Assembly (NCBI GenBank): GCA_965240325.2
Contig: OZ251225.1
Location: 3,906,001 to 3,970,000, forward strand
Length of the DNA stretch: 64,000 bases
Origin: Rebecca billardiae RCC1528
Taxonomy: Eukaryota; Protista; Haptophyta
Direction of reading: 5' to 3'
Of this stretch, positions 11,995 to 23,025 are shown piece after piece. Below the pieces are notes generated by a model. The model was not told the origin of the DNA, made no database searches, and was given only the letters and a program-made list of their open reading frames with translations. The translations under genes and the position numbers were made by a program. Positions within the stretch are counted from its first letter, which is position 1. Each line of letters opens with the position of its first letter.

Positions 11995-12902
11995 ATGGCG
12001 CCATCGCCGCCGCCACCGCCGAAGCCCGGGCCCGACGCGGAGCGCGAACCGTCCCGCTCGCCGAGCCCGCCTCCGCGCGCCCCAGCCTCCAGCGGCGACC
12101 GCACACCCGCCAAGGACGGCGCGAGCCCTGTCAAGCGCAACCGGAGCGCCAGCCGAAGCGGGAGCCGCGGCCGCAGCCGCAGCCGCAGCCACTCGCCGCC
12201 CCGGCGCGGACGTAGCTTCAGCCGCAGCCGCAGCCGCAGCCGCGGTCGCAGCCGCAGCCGCAGCCGCAGCCGCAGCAGCTCGCGCCCGCGGCGCGGCAGC
12301 CGCAGCCGCAGCTGGAGCCGCAGCCGCAGCGGAAGCTCGAGCCGTCCGCGCGGCGGCCGCTCGTACTCGCGCTCGCGCTCGCGCTCGCCTCGCGGCCGCC
12401 CACCGCCACCGCCACCGCCGCCTCGGCGCGATTCGCGCTGGGGCGGCGGCCCGGGCGGCGGCCCGTCGCCGCCGCGCGGCGGCCGGCGCGACCACTACCG
12501 GCGGCCGGGCAGCGGCGTGGGCGGCGGCCCGGCCGGCGGCGCGGACCTGCCGCCGGACGAGCTGCCCGTCGAGGGGATGTGCTACCAGGCCGACGTCGTC
12601 TCGGCGCGTGAGTTTGGCTGCTTCGTCAAGATCCCCGGCTACGCCAAGCACGGCCTCGTGCACATCTCGCAGATGGCGCAGCACCGGCTCGAGCGCGAGG
12701 AGGTGGGCACCTACGCGCCGATGGGCGCGCGCGTGTGGGTCAAGGTGCTCGGCATCGAGACCTCGGCGACGGGGCCGAAGATCGCGTGCTCGATGAAGGT
12801 GGTCGACCAGGAGACGGGCCGCGACCTCGACCCCGACAACGAGGAGGGCATGCGCCGCGCGTCGGAGCGCGGCGGCGGCGGCGGCTTCGGCGGCGGCGGC
12901 GG

Positions 12903-12933
<31 letters not shown>

Positions 12934-13872
12934 AGCCTCGAGCCGCCCGCCGTGGGCACGGTGCACCGCGGCACGGTGCGCACGGTGACCTCGTTCGGCG
13001 CGTTCGTCGCCGTGCCCGGCCACGCCAAGCAGGGCCTGCTCCACATCTCCGTCATCGCCGACAGGCGCGTGGAGGAGGACGAGCTGCCCTCGCTGCTGCC
13101 CCTCGGCGGCTCCGTGTGGGTCAAGGTGGACCGCACGGACCCGATGACGGGCAAGTTTGGGCTTGCGATGAAGTACGTCGACCAGAGCACGGGCGACGAC
13201 CTCGACCCGGACGGCGTCGCCATGGCCGAGGACGCGGCGCGGCGCGGCGGCGGCGGCGGCGGCGGCGGCGGGCGGTACGGCGGCGGCGCGGAGCCGGGCG
13301 CGATCATGCGTGACGGGCCGGGCGGCGCCTCGCAGCCGACATGGGGCCACCTCGCCGCGGACAACTACAAGCCGCCGCCCGCCGAGGGCGGCGGGCGCGC
13401 GTACGACCTCGTGAGCGACGGCGAGGACGACGCCGGCGCGCCGGGCGGCCGGGCCAAGACGCTCGCAGACGTGTGGCGCGACGGGCCCGCCGCGGAGCAC
13501 CCGCCGCCGCCTGGCGGCGCGGCGGCGGCGGGGCCCGACGCGGCGGAGTCGCTCGCGCGCGCCGAGGCGCTGCTGCGCGAGGCGGCGGGCGGCAAGCGCA
13601 CGCGCGCCGACGACGCCGACGCCGAGGGCGGCGCGAAGAAGCGGCGGCACCGGGACAAGGCGGAGAAGGGCTCGCGCAAGGAGAAGAGGTCGCACCGCGA
13701 GCGTGGCGAGAAGAAGGCCAAGCGCTCGCACGGGGAGAAGGACGGCAGGCCGGACAAGCACAAGCACAGCAAGCACAAGTCGGACAAGCACGACAAGGAC
13801 AAGCGCCGGCACAAGAGCGGCAGCGCCGACAAGAAGGAGTCGAAGAAGGCGCACCGGAAGAGCAGCCGCTGA
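11995..13872 (+). CDS. RS-domain protein with two S1 RNA-binding domains and a Lys-rich tail
   Basis: RSRSRS tract; S1 signatures FGCFVKIPGYAKHGLVHISQM and FGAFVAVPGHAKQGLLHISVI, each followed by MKxVDQxTGxDLDP as in Prp22/ZCCHC17-type S1 domains. Confidence 0.88.
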
Positions 13873-14314
13873 AGCTGGAAGCCGCTGTACGAGGTGCAGG
13901 CCCGGCCCAACAGGCGTTGTCTTGGGCTCGAGCTCGCGCGCAGTTGTCGCGCAGTCGACAGTCACCCCGCGAATCTGCGTGCAGTTGTTCAGTCACTTCA
14001 GTGAGACTGAGTCACCGAGTGGCGTGATCACACTCTCAACTCCGGCAGTTCTGACTGTCAGGAAGACGAGTTAAGATGTTCACTGCTTCCACGGAAGGGA
14101 GACTTCCACGTGCGTACTCTCAGAATGAGCAACATTGAACATGCTGATTCTCAGGCCAAGCAGCGGTCCTGGTCAAGACCCGCCTCGCAGCTTCTGATGG
14201 CCTTCTCCGCCAGCTCGCACTCGCGAAGCGGCGCGCATCTCGAACCCCCCCCCTTGCGTCGGCGGGCCGACGTGCAGCATCCTCCCTCGCACGGGGGGCG
14301 GCGGAGGCGGACCG

Positions 14315-17221
14315 ATGTGGAAGCGCGCCGCGGCGGAGGACGACTGGGAGACGGACCCGAGCTTCGAGAACCAGCTCTCAGACGCCGACCGCCTCAAGTT
14401 TGGCAACGCCGAGACCGCCGAGCGCTACCGCGCCGAGCGGACGTCTGGGCTGATCGCGAATCAGCGCATGGACACGATCCGAGCTGACGCGCTCGCGCGC
14501 GACGCGGCGGCGGGCGCGCGCGGCGGCAGGGCGCAGGCGCACGCGCCGACGGGCGCCGGCGGCATGCGCGGCTCGGATGGCGCCGGCGGCTTGACCGCGC
14601 CGCTCGCCGTCTGCGCGCCGCCGATGGCAGCGGCCGAGCCGGCGGCGCCGACGCACGCGCGGCAGGAGGCCTCGTCCGTCACGCCGTTCGCCTCGAGCGG
14701 CGGCGTGCGCGCGCGGCTGCGTGAGCTCGAGTACACGTCGCCCCCGCCGCCGCCGCCGCCCAAGGAGCCCGTGCCCATCGCCACGGCTCCTGCCGAGGTG
14801 CGTGGCGGCGCTGCTGCCGGCGCCGCCGCCGGCGCCGCCGCCGGCGCGCGGCCGAGCGCGGCGGGCGCATCGCCGCAGCCGTCGCAGCCGCTGCTGGCGC
14901 TGCCGCAGTCGGCGTCGCCGCAGCAGGCGTCGCCGCGGCAGCAGTCGCCCGCGAGCGGCGGCAGCGTGCGAGCGCGCCGCTCCACGCTCGAGGAGCGCGC
15001 GCGCCCGGCCGCCGAGCGCAGCCGCAGCAGCACGCTGGCGGTGCCGCCGGCCGCGGGCCTGCGCGCCGCGCGGCGCAGCGCCGAGCCGACGACGGCCGAC
15101 GCGTGCGCGGCGGCGTCGCCCTCGTGGGCGCGCGTGCGCGCGATGCAGTTCGAGCCGAGCCGTCCCGCGCCGCTCGCCTCGCCGCCGCCCGTGCACACCG
15201 GCGCCATTCCTCAGGCCAAGAGCGTGCGCGCGCGCGCGTCTCGCATCGAGGCGGGCGGCGCGCCTCCAGCCGCATCCGTGCTCGCGCGCGCGGCGTGCTT
15301 CGGCGGCGCGTCGACGTCGCGCGGCGGCGCGAGCGGCGTGGCGCCGGGCGCGGGCGCGAGCGCCGCCGCGGCGATCGCCATCTCCTCCCCGCGCACGGTC
15401 AAGTCGCGCGCCAGCAGCTACGAGCAGCAGCAGCAGCCGCCGGCCGAGGGGAGCGCCTCCCCCTGCGCGGACCTGCGCTCGCCCATCTCGGAGCGGCTGG
15501 CGGCCTTCCAGGGGCAGGGGGGCGGCGCGGCGGAGGGGGCGGCGGGGCTCGAGCGCTCGCCCGCGCGCTCGCCCAGCGAGAGCTTCCGGCTGGCGCGCGC
15601 GTCGGCGGACGCGCGCTCGCCGAGCGAGAGCTTTCGGCTGGCGCGCGCGTCGGCGGACGCGGGGTGTGGCTCGCAGGGGCCCCTGCAGTCACCCGCGAGC
15701 GCGCGGCTCCTCACGCCGCCGGCCTCCGCCTCCGCCTCCGCCTCCGCCTCCGCCTCGGCGGGAGCGGCGGGGCTCAAGCACGCGTCGCCGGCCGCGTCGC
15801 CCGCGCGCGCGCTCGCGGGCGCTGGGCCGTTTGTCGGCGCGCGGCCGCGCAGCGGCAGCGCGGGCAGCAGCGCGGGCAGCAGCAGCCGCAGCGCCGGCGG
15901 CGTGGGCGTGGGCGTGGGCGTGGGCGTGGGCGTGTCTCCGGGCGGCGGCAGCGTTGGCGGCGGCCTGGGCGGCGGCGGCGGCCTCGGTGGCGGCAGCCTC
16001 GCGGCGGCCGCCGGCGCGGAGCCGGCCGCGCCCGAGCCCGCGCCCGGCCCGCCCGCGCCCGCGCTGCCGCGCGGGCAGCGCGTGCTGGTGCGCCCATCAC
16101 ACGACCGGCTGCGTGAAGTCGAGTGGAGGCATGCGCGCGTGCTCGCCACCGCACTGCCGCCCGGCGCGGGCGCGGGCGCGGGCGCGGCGGGGGGCGGCGC
16201 CTCGCAGCCCGCCGGCTCCGTGAAGGTGAGCTACGACGGCTGCGAGTCCGACGAGGACGAGTGGCTCAGCCCGGCGCAGCAGCAGAGCCGCGTGCGGCTG
16301 CCAGAGGGCGGGCGGTGCGAGGAGCGGGCGCCCAAGCCCACCGTGGCCGCGGCGCCGCGCCACTTCAGCGCGCCCCCTGAGATGCGCGCGGGTGAGAACG
16401 GCGCGCACTCGGCGCACGGCTCGTGCGCGCCCTCGTCCGCGCGCGCCTCCCGGCCCGCCTCGGCCGTGGGCTCGCACGGCGCCTCGCCCTCGCGCAGCCC
16501 GCTGCCGCCGAGGCCGCCGCCAGCGGCCGCGGCCGCGCCGAGCGGCGGCATGGCGCACGCGCAGGCGGCACCCCCGCTGAGCGCCGCGCCGCCGCCGCAG
16601 CCCGCCGCGGCGCACGCCCCGCCGCAGCCCGCCGCGGCCGTCCGATCGCCCGCGCGCGTCGCTGACCCGCTGGGCGCCGCGGGCGGCGGGCGGCGCGCCG
16701 CGAGCAGCAGCGGCAGCAGCGCGCACGACTCGCCGCAACGCGCCGACCCCTTGGGCGCGAGTGCCGCGCTCAGCCTCTCGCCCGCGCTGACGCCCGCGCC
16801 GCCGCCCGCGCCGCCGCCCGCGCTGCCGAGCGCGCCGCCGCCGCCGCCGCCGCCCGCGGCTGCCGCTGCCACGCCCGCGCCCCTGCCAGCCCCGTCGCTC
16901 GGATCCGCCGGCGGGTGCGCGCACGCTGAGGCGCACGCTGAGCACGCGCTGGCTGGGCAGCTCGCCCCACCGCTGCCCGCTGCCGCCGAGCCCGCCGGCG
17001 CCGCCGTGTCCGCGAGCGCGCGCGGCAGCTCGGCGCGCGCGCCCCCCAAGCCGTCGGGCGGGCTGTTTGACTCCGACGGCGATGACGACGACTTCCTGAG
17101 CGGCAACGCACCTCCGCTCGGCTCGGCGCGCCGTCTGAGCAGCAGCGTGCTCGGCGGTGGCGGCGGCGGCGGCGCGGGCGGCGGCAACCGACGCCCCTCC
17201 GCCGGCCTCTTTGACGACTAG
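14315..17221 (+). CDS. 968-aa low-complexity protein with a cortactin-like DDW N-terminus, a Tudor/Agenet-like domain and C-terminal LF-acidic motifs
   Basis: Single long ORF containing EDDWETDPSFENQLS, GQRVLVR...WRHARVL...VKVSYDGCESDEDEWL, GLFDSDGDDDDF and terminal GLFDD. Confidence 0.75.
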   Translation: MWKRAAAEDDWETDPSFENQLSDADRLKFGNAETAERYRAERTSGLIANQRMDTIRADALARDAAAGARGGRAQAHAPTGAGGMRGSDGAGGLTAPLAVCAPPMAAAEPAAPTHARQEASSVTPFASSGGVRARLRELEYTSPPPPPPPKEPVPIATAPAEVRGGAAAGAAAGAAAGARPSAAGASPQPSQPLLALPQSASPQQASPRQQSPASGGSVRARRSTLEERARPAAERSRSSTLAVPPAAGLRAARRSAEPTTADACAAASPSWARVRAMQFEPSRPAPLASPPPVHTGAIPQAKSVRARASRIEAGGAPPAASVLARAACFGGASTSRGGASGVAPGAGASAAAAIAISSPRTVKSRASSYEQQQQPPAEGSASPCADLRSPISERLAAFQGQGGGAAEGAAGLERSPARSPSESFRLARASADARSPSESFRLARASADAGCGSQGPLQSPASARLLTPPASASASASASASAGAAGLKHASPAASPARALAGAGPFVGARPRSGSAGSSAGSSSRSAGGVGVGVGVGVGVSPGGGSVGGGLGGGGGLGGGSLAAAAGAEPAAPEPAPGPPAPALPRGQRVLVRPSHDRLREVEWRHARVLATALPPGAGAGAGAAGGGASQPAGSVKVSYDGCESDEDEWLSPAQQQSRVRLPEGGRCEERAPKPTVAAAPRHFSAPPEMRAGENGAHSAHGSCAPSSARASRPASAVGSHGASPSRSPLPPRPPPAAAAAPSGGMAHAQAAPPLSAAPPPQPAAAHAPPQPAAAVRSPARVADPLGAAGGGRRAASSSGSSAHDSPQRADPLGASAALSLSPALTPAPPPAPPPALPSAPPPPPPPAAAAATPAPLPAPSLGSAGGCAHAEAHAEHALAGQLAPPLPAAAEPAGAAVSASARGSSARAPPKPSGGLFDSDGDDDDFLSGNAPPLGSARRLSSSVLGGGGGGGAGGGNRRPSAGLFDD

Positions 17222-17981
17222 TCGGAGTAGTGCGCACAGCCGCGCGCTGCGGCCGCGCTCCCAATGCGCACGTGCCGCGTGCTGCGCGCGCGTCTCAGCC
17301 GGTGGGCACCCCGACCCGGCCCGGCCGCGCGCCGGACCTGATGGCACGGCCTTCTCACTTCTGGCCCTCCGCCGGGCCGGAGGCGCAGCGGCACGCCGTC
17401 GGCCATCGTCACTGTGACCAACCCGCGACACGGCGCCGTGCACCACCCCGCCAGCCCAGACGGCCAGACGCCGCCCAGACGGTCCGAAGCGACTAGCGAG
17501 GAGCCCGTGCCCGGGGCTGCCGAGTAGTGCCGACCCGCGCGCGGGCGCGTGGCGGCCGGCGGCGCCTGGCAGCATATTATTGCTGATGATGGCCCGCGGT
17601 GCAGGGCGGAGCGCGCAGCGTGGAGCCCGCACCAGCGGGCCCGAACCACGTTTCAAAAAGATCTTTGATCAAAGAAAAAAGGGACGGGGGACGATTTTCA
17701 GGGCTGGAGGAGACCGAGTTTCGAATTTCGAGACTCCCTTACACTTTACAGGTGCATCCTCGTCGAAAAAGGGCGCGTCCGCCGTCTTGAATAGTGAACA
17801 GAGGAATCAACGAAACCCGCGCCCAAGTGTCAAAGTGTGCGAGGCAGGGTAATTGTGGGTAGACTCTCCTTAATGTAGTGTGACCATAGTAAAATAATAT
17901 GGCCTCGCCGCTGCAAGATTAGCCAAGAACAGACCGTTGACATAATCGTCCAACCAACTCCAATAGTGCGAGAGATTGAAA

Positions 17982-18227
17982 ATTCTGGAAACCCACGAGA
18001 ACAAAGGCACGACTTCACGCTGGGGACCCTTCGACAGACGAATCAGGAGAGCTGCGCCCTCGTGCCTGTGTCTTTAAATCATAGAATTAGCCCGTCGCAG
18101 GCCTTTATTCTGGAAACCCACGAGAACAAAGGCACGACTTCACGCTGGGGACCAGCCCGTCGCGGGCCTTTATTCTGGAAACCCACGAGAACAAAGGCAC
18201 GACTTCACGCTGGGGACCAGCCCGTCG
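17982..18227. repeat. Three copies of a ~65-bp subterminal tandem repeat
   Basis: ttctggaaacccacgagaacaaaggcacgacttcacgctggggacc at about 17982, 18107 and 18173; the first unit is interrupted by a ~60-bp insert. Confidence 0.85.
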
Positions 18228-18238
18228 CACCCCTTTTT

Positions 18239-21200
18239 TTGACGCCCCTTCTCCCCGCCGGGTCACATATGCGCAATCGACGTACCCGCTTACGCGCCCG
18301 ATAGGACAAAAGCCGCTCGTCGTTCGGTCAAAAACCGCTCGTCGTTCGGCGCTTTGCGTACTCACATTCGCGCGAATCGCATCGGCCCATTCGTCGTGTC
18401 GCGAGTTCACACTTCACATTCACACGAACCGTCACTTTCTCGATAGACATTTCACGAGCGAAAGGGCGCGCTGATAGTGACACGCGGGTATCATCTTGCA
18501 TTTGACATACGAGCGTCGGAGCAACCTCGCGCGGCCTCGGCGTCCCGAGCAAGGGTGGTCAGGGTCGCCGACTCCAGCGGAGTCCGGCGCCGGAGGTTCA
18601 CTCCCAGATTTTTGCAGCGGAGCGGCGCGCGGGGCCGCCGCCGCTGTGGCGGGCCGCTTGGGGCGTGCACGGCGTGGGCTCGTGCGGCCGCTGCCGCGCA
18701 CGCCGAGCGATCTGGCGCGGGCTCGCGGCTTGTTGATGGCCTCGCGCGCCGCAGCGTGCCGCGCGCCTTGCCTGGCTTCGCCGTTCTCGCGCCTCGGCCG
18801 CTGTGCACGTTCGCGGCCCCAAAGCACGGCCTCGGCGTGCCGCTCAGCAAAGCTACAGAGCGTGCGCGTGCCTTGTGCGACGCGACGCGGACATTGCCGC
18901 CGGACGATGTAGTCGTAGTGTGAGCGCGCGCCGTGAAACCTCGGCGCAGCTCGAGAGCGCCTTTGACGCCTCGGTCAGCTGTCGACCGAACTCAAACTGC
19001 TGACGCACCAACCTCCGATGGGCATGTCCGTTCAACGAAGGGCGATCCCGACGCTGAGACTCGTGAAGACTAGTCGAGCGCTATAGCCAAGAAGACCTAC
19101 GTCATCACGACGTGCGTGTGGGCCTTGCGTGACGATGCGACGGGACGATTGCCCCGGCAAGAGAGTCAGTCGTCAAGCTTTCATCGGTGGTCAGCGAACA
19201 GACGCCTCCACGCGCGTAAGCAGCATCATTTCATTGCTCTCGATCCGCGCTGAGGCTTCACGGCGCGTGCTCACACTACGACTACATCGCCCGGCGGCAA
19301 TGCCCGCGTCGCGTCGCGCAAGGCGCCTGCACGCTCGGCTCAGAGGTATGCCGAGCTTGCGGTTTGGCGTCGCATGCGTGCACGGTGGCCGAGGCGCGAG
19401 AACGGCGAAGCCAGGCAAGGCGCGCGGCACGCTGCGGCGCGTGAGGCCATCAACAAGCCGCGAGCCCGCGCCAGATCGCTCGGCGTGCGCGGCAGCGGCC
19501 GCACGAGCCCACGCCGTGCACGCCCCGGGCGGCCCGCCACAGCGGCGGCGGCCCCGCGCGCCGCTCCGCTGCAAAATCTGGGAGTGAACCTCCGGCGCCG
19601 GACTCCGCTGGAGTCGGCGACCCTGACGCCGAGGGTCGCCCTCTTGCGGTCGGTCGCGCGACGAACGGCTCGCGTGCGGCGCCAGCGAGCAACGCGGGGC
19701 GCGCGGCGGGCTCACGCGCGAGGCCGCCCACCACGCGCACGCGTGCGAACCCGCCGGCTCGGGCGACACGCGCCGCCTCAGCTCGAGCACGAGCGCGAGG
19801 CGTGGCGCCGGCCCGATCGGGCGGCGGAGGGCTCGAGCTGCCGACTGCGCGCGACGAGCGCCCTCGCGTGCGGTGCCAGCGGATGAAGCGGCACGCGCGG
19901 CGGGCGCATACGCGCAGGGCCGCCATCCACGCGCGAGCGCGCGACTGCGTGCCTTCCACGAGCTGCAGCAGGCGGCCGCGGGTTGGTCGGCGGACGGCAA
20001 GGTCGGCGGAGTGCCGCCCGTCCGGCGTTTCGCTTGGGCGCGGGCCACACTCTCACTCACAGCGCGGGGCGTGGTGCTGCAGACGGGACAGTCATTGCAG
20101 CGCGCACTCCGTGCCCAGACGTGCACACGCGCGCGCGTCGTCAGCCCCGCCGCGGCGCCCCTGTGGCGCCCATGGCCGAGCGTCGGAATTCCGAGCTCGG
20201 GCTACCGGCCCGGCGTGCCATCGTGCGTTTCAGAAACAGGTTTCCAGCCCAAGTTGACGCGCAGCGGCGGCAGCGCCAACCCATATTTGACGCCCGGCTC
20301 ACCACCCACCGGGTCACATAAGCGCAATTCGCGTACCCACTTACGCGCTCGATAGGACAAAAGCCGCTCGTCGTTCGGTCAAAAGCCGCTCGTCGTTAGG
20401 CGCTTTGCGTACTCACATTCGCGCGAATCGCATCGGCCCATTAATTCGTCGTGTCGCGAGTTCACACTTCACATTCACACGATCCGTCACTTTCTCGCTA
20501 GACATTTCACGAACAGAGGGGCGCGCTGATAGCGGCACGCGGGTATCATCTTGCATTGGACTACGAGCATCGGAGCAACCTCGCGCGGCCTCGCATCGAC
20601 GACGTCCCGTGAAGGACGACAAGGGTCGCCCTTGCGTTGACGTCTCGTTCGGTCGCGCGACGAGCGGCTCGCGTGCGGCGCCAAGCGAGAGACGCGGGGC
20701 GCGCGGCGGGCGCACGCGCGAGGCTGCCCACCACGCGCACGCGCGCGACCCCGCCGGCTCGGGCGACACGCCGCCGCCTCAGCTCGAGCACGAGCGCGAG
20801 GCGTGGCGCCGGCTCGGTGGGCGGCGGACGGCTCGACCTGCACTGCGGTGCCAGCGGATGAAGCGGCAAGCCCGGCGGGCGCATACGCGCAGGTCCGCCC
20901 TCCACGCGCGAGCGCGCGACTGCGTGTTCCACGAGCTGCAGCAGGCGGCCGCGGGCTGGTCGGCGGCCGGCGAGGTCGGCGGAGTGCCGCCCGGCCCGCG
21001 TTCTCGCTTGGGCGCGGGCCACACTCTCACTCACAGCGCGGGGCGTGGTGCTGCGGACGGGTCAGTCATTGCAGCGCGCACTCCGTGGTCAGACGTGCAC
21101 ACGCGCGCGCGTCGTCAGCCCCGCCGCTGCGCCCCTGTGGCGCCGTTGGCAGCGTCGGAATTCCGAGCTCGGGCTACCGGCCCGGCGTGCCATCATGCGT

Positions 21201-21258
21201 TTCAGAAACAGGTTTCCACTTTCCAGCCCAAGTTGACGCGCAGCGCCAACCCATATCC
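18239..21258. repeat. Diverged tandem duplication of a ~1-kb unit; the first copy carries a 1.08-kb insertion
   Basis: Shared start ccgggtcacata...gataggacaaaagccgctcgtcgttcgg at ~18258 and ~20308; shared end cccaagttgacgcgcagcg...ccaacccatat at ~20250-20286 and ~21227-21256. Confidence 0.8.
18550..19627. mobile_element. P-like foldback element (family C), right end damaged
   Basis: Begins CAAGGGTGGTCAGGGTCGCCGACTCC; ~400-bp inverted arms; right end stops at ...GGCGACCCTGAC without the final CACCCTTG; absent from the second copy of the tandem duplication. Confidence 0.7.
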
Positions 21259-21992
21259 GTACAGCGCCGGGAGACTCACGGGAGACTCACTCAACTTTAA
21301 TGGTCGGTCCCGGGCGCAAGGTTGGTGCGCAGGCGACAAGAATTGGCTCACATTTAGCGTCTCGGAGATCTCCTTCGGACACTCCGCGGGTTGGTTGCGC
21401 TCCGCTGCCGCCCGCGCGCGCTAAAATTCATTCTTTAAAATAGGGTATTCAGTGCACGAAGAACCAAGCGAAGAACATGACTCCAACGGGCAAAAAAGAG
21501 CAAAATCAACAGATTTGCGGAGCTTCCCGTAGGCTATGAAGGGCACGGTGCAGGCGAGTGATGCGGGCGCTCCATGGCCATGTCGGCCGTCGCGGATGGC
21601 GTCAACGCACGCCACATGCTCAAGACACATGCTCACTCGCACACACTTGGGTTGGGCGGGGCGAGACCGCGCTCGCGCAGCCGATCGACACTCAACGACG
21701 CTTGTGCGTTGCGACTGCTTTGACACAGCGAACGGCAGGGTGCAGACTCGAGATGTGAGGGTCATGCGGGCTTGGACTCGTAGCCAGTACCCACTGGCGG
21801 CAGCCTGCATGCCGCGCGTACTCGTCCGGACGCGAACTCGTACATCGAGCGGCCAAACTGCTGCGCGAGTCGCCGCCCCAAGTCACAAGCTCGCCATGGA
21901 TCGCAGAGCCCGCGTAATCTCGGCGCTGTACGGATATACCCGCCGCAGCTATCCGTATAGTCTCCTGTCCACGTGTACATGGCGACGCTCGC

Positions 21993-22778
21993 ATGGACGA
22001 CCTCGACGTGACTGCGCTGCTGCCCGAGGGGCTGTCGGATCGTTGGGTGCGCCTCTACGTCCGCCTTTGGCGTGACGCAGCAAGGCTCACCGCCGCCGAC
22101 GGCCTCCCGCGCGCGGTGCACATCTCCCTCCTGCCAGATGGGAGTGTCCGTCTGACGGTGTCTGTGCGTCCGCCTGATGCACAAGGGCCTGATGCTTCTC
22201 CACAGGGAACCCCCGCTGGTGGCAGCCAGCGGCGCGAGGGAGGTGGTGGCGCGCCTTCTAAAGCTCCCCTGCATCCCGCCCCGCGCCGAGCGCGCAAGTC
22301 GGCTCCGCCGGCGCGCGCGCTCGCCGCGCAGGGCTCGGGTACTGGAGTGCAGGCTGCAAACGGCGAGCAGCAGCACTCTCAGAAGCGGAAGAAGAAGCCT
22401 CGGCGCGGGAAGCGCGGGCCTCGGCGTGACGCGCAAGGCAGGCGGATTCGATCTCCATCGAGCCGCCGCACCTCGTCGCGGCGCGCCGTCGAGAAACGCC
22501 AGGAGCGCAAGGCGGCGCGGCTGGCGGCCTCTCTGCCCGCAGCACCTGCGCCTGCTCCAGCTGCTGTCCCCCACGCGGACCGAGACTCGTCCATGGACGA
22601 CGACTCGGACGACGAGGATGCGCAGCAGTCGGGGGCAAAGCGTACCCTGCACGCCGCAGCAGCGCCAGCCGCCGCCAGCAAGCCAGCTGAGCAGAGCGGC
22701 AAGCGCGCACGCGGCCGCGCAGGGCACACGGGGACGACTACATCACCGCCGGATCACCCGCCAGGGCCCAGCGGCTGA
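21993..22778 (+). CDS. Transposon-associated basic ORF (ORF1/gag-like, unassigned)
   Basis: 261-aa ORF inside the nest with an ordered N-terminus, a KRKKKPRRGKR basic patch and an acidic DDDSDDED patch; no catalytic motif seen. Confidence 0.45.
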   Translation: MDDLDVTALLPEGLSDRWVRLYVRLWRDAARLTAADGLPRAVHISLLPDGSVRLTVSVRPPDAQGPDASPQGTPAGGSQRREGGGGAPSKAPLHPAPRRARKSAPPARALAAQGSGTGVQAANGEQQHSQKRKKKPRRGKRGPRRDAQGRRIRSPSSRRTSSRRAVEKRQERKAARLAASLPAAPAPAPAAVPHADRDSSMDDDSDDEDAQQSGAKRTLHAAAAPAAASKPAEQSGKRARGRAGHTGTTTSPPDHPPGPSG

Positions 22779-23025
22779 GACGGCCGTCTGACATCCGGAC
22801 CTGCACCCTCGCCCTCGCTCGGGGCACAGCAGGTCCATGCGAGCCGCGCAGCGCAGGTGGATCGCGCTCCAGCAGCTCAAGGCCGCGCTCAAGCCATTCG
22901 ATCGCGGTTCAGGCTATGCTCTGCCACCAGCGCCGACTTCGTGTCGACGATCGGGCACTGCCGACGACGAATCAGGAGACCTGCGCCGTCCTACCTGTGT
23001 CGTTAAATCATAGAATGAGTCGGAG

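Noticed and set aside
17982-18227. CRISPR-like repeat-spacer appearance
   Set aside because: Only three ~65-bp tandem units with near-identical intervening sequence, in a eukaryotic transposon context with no cas genes.
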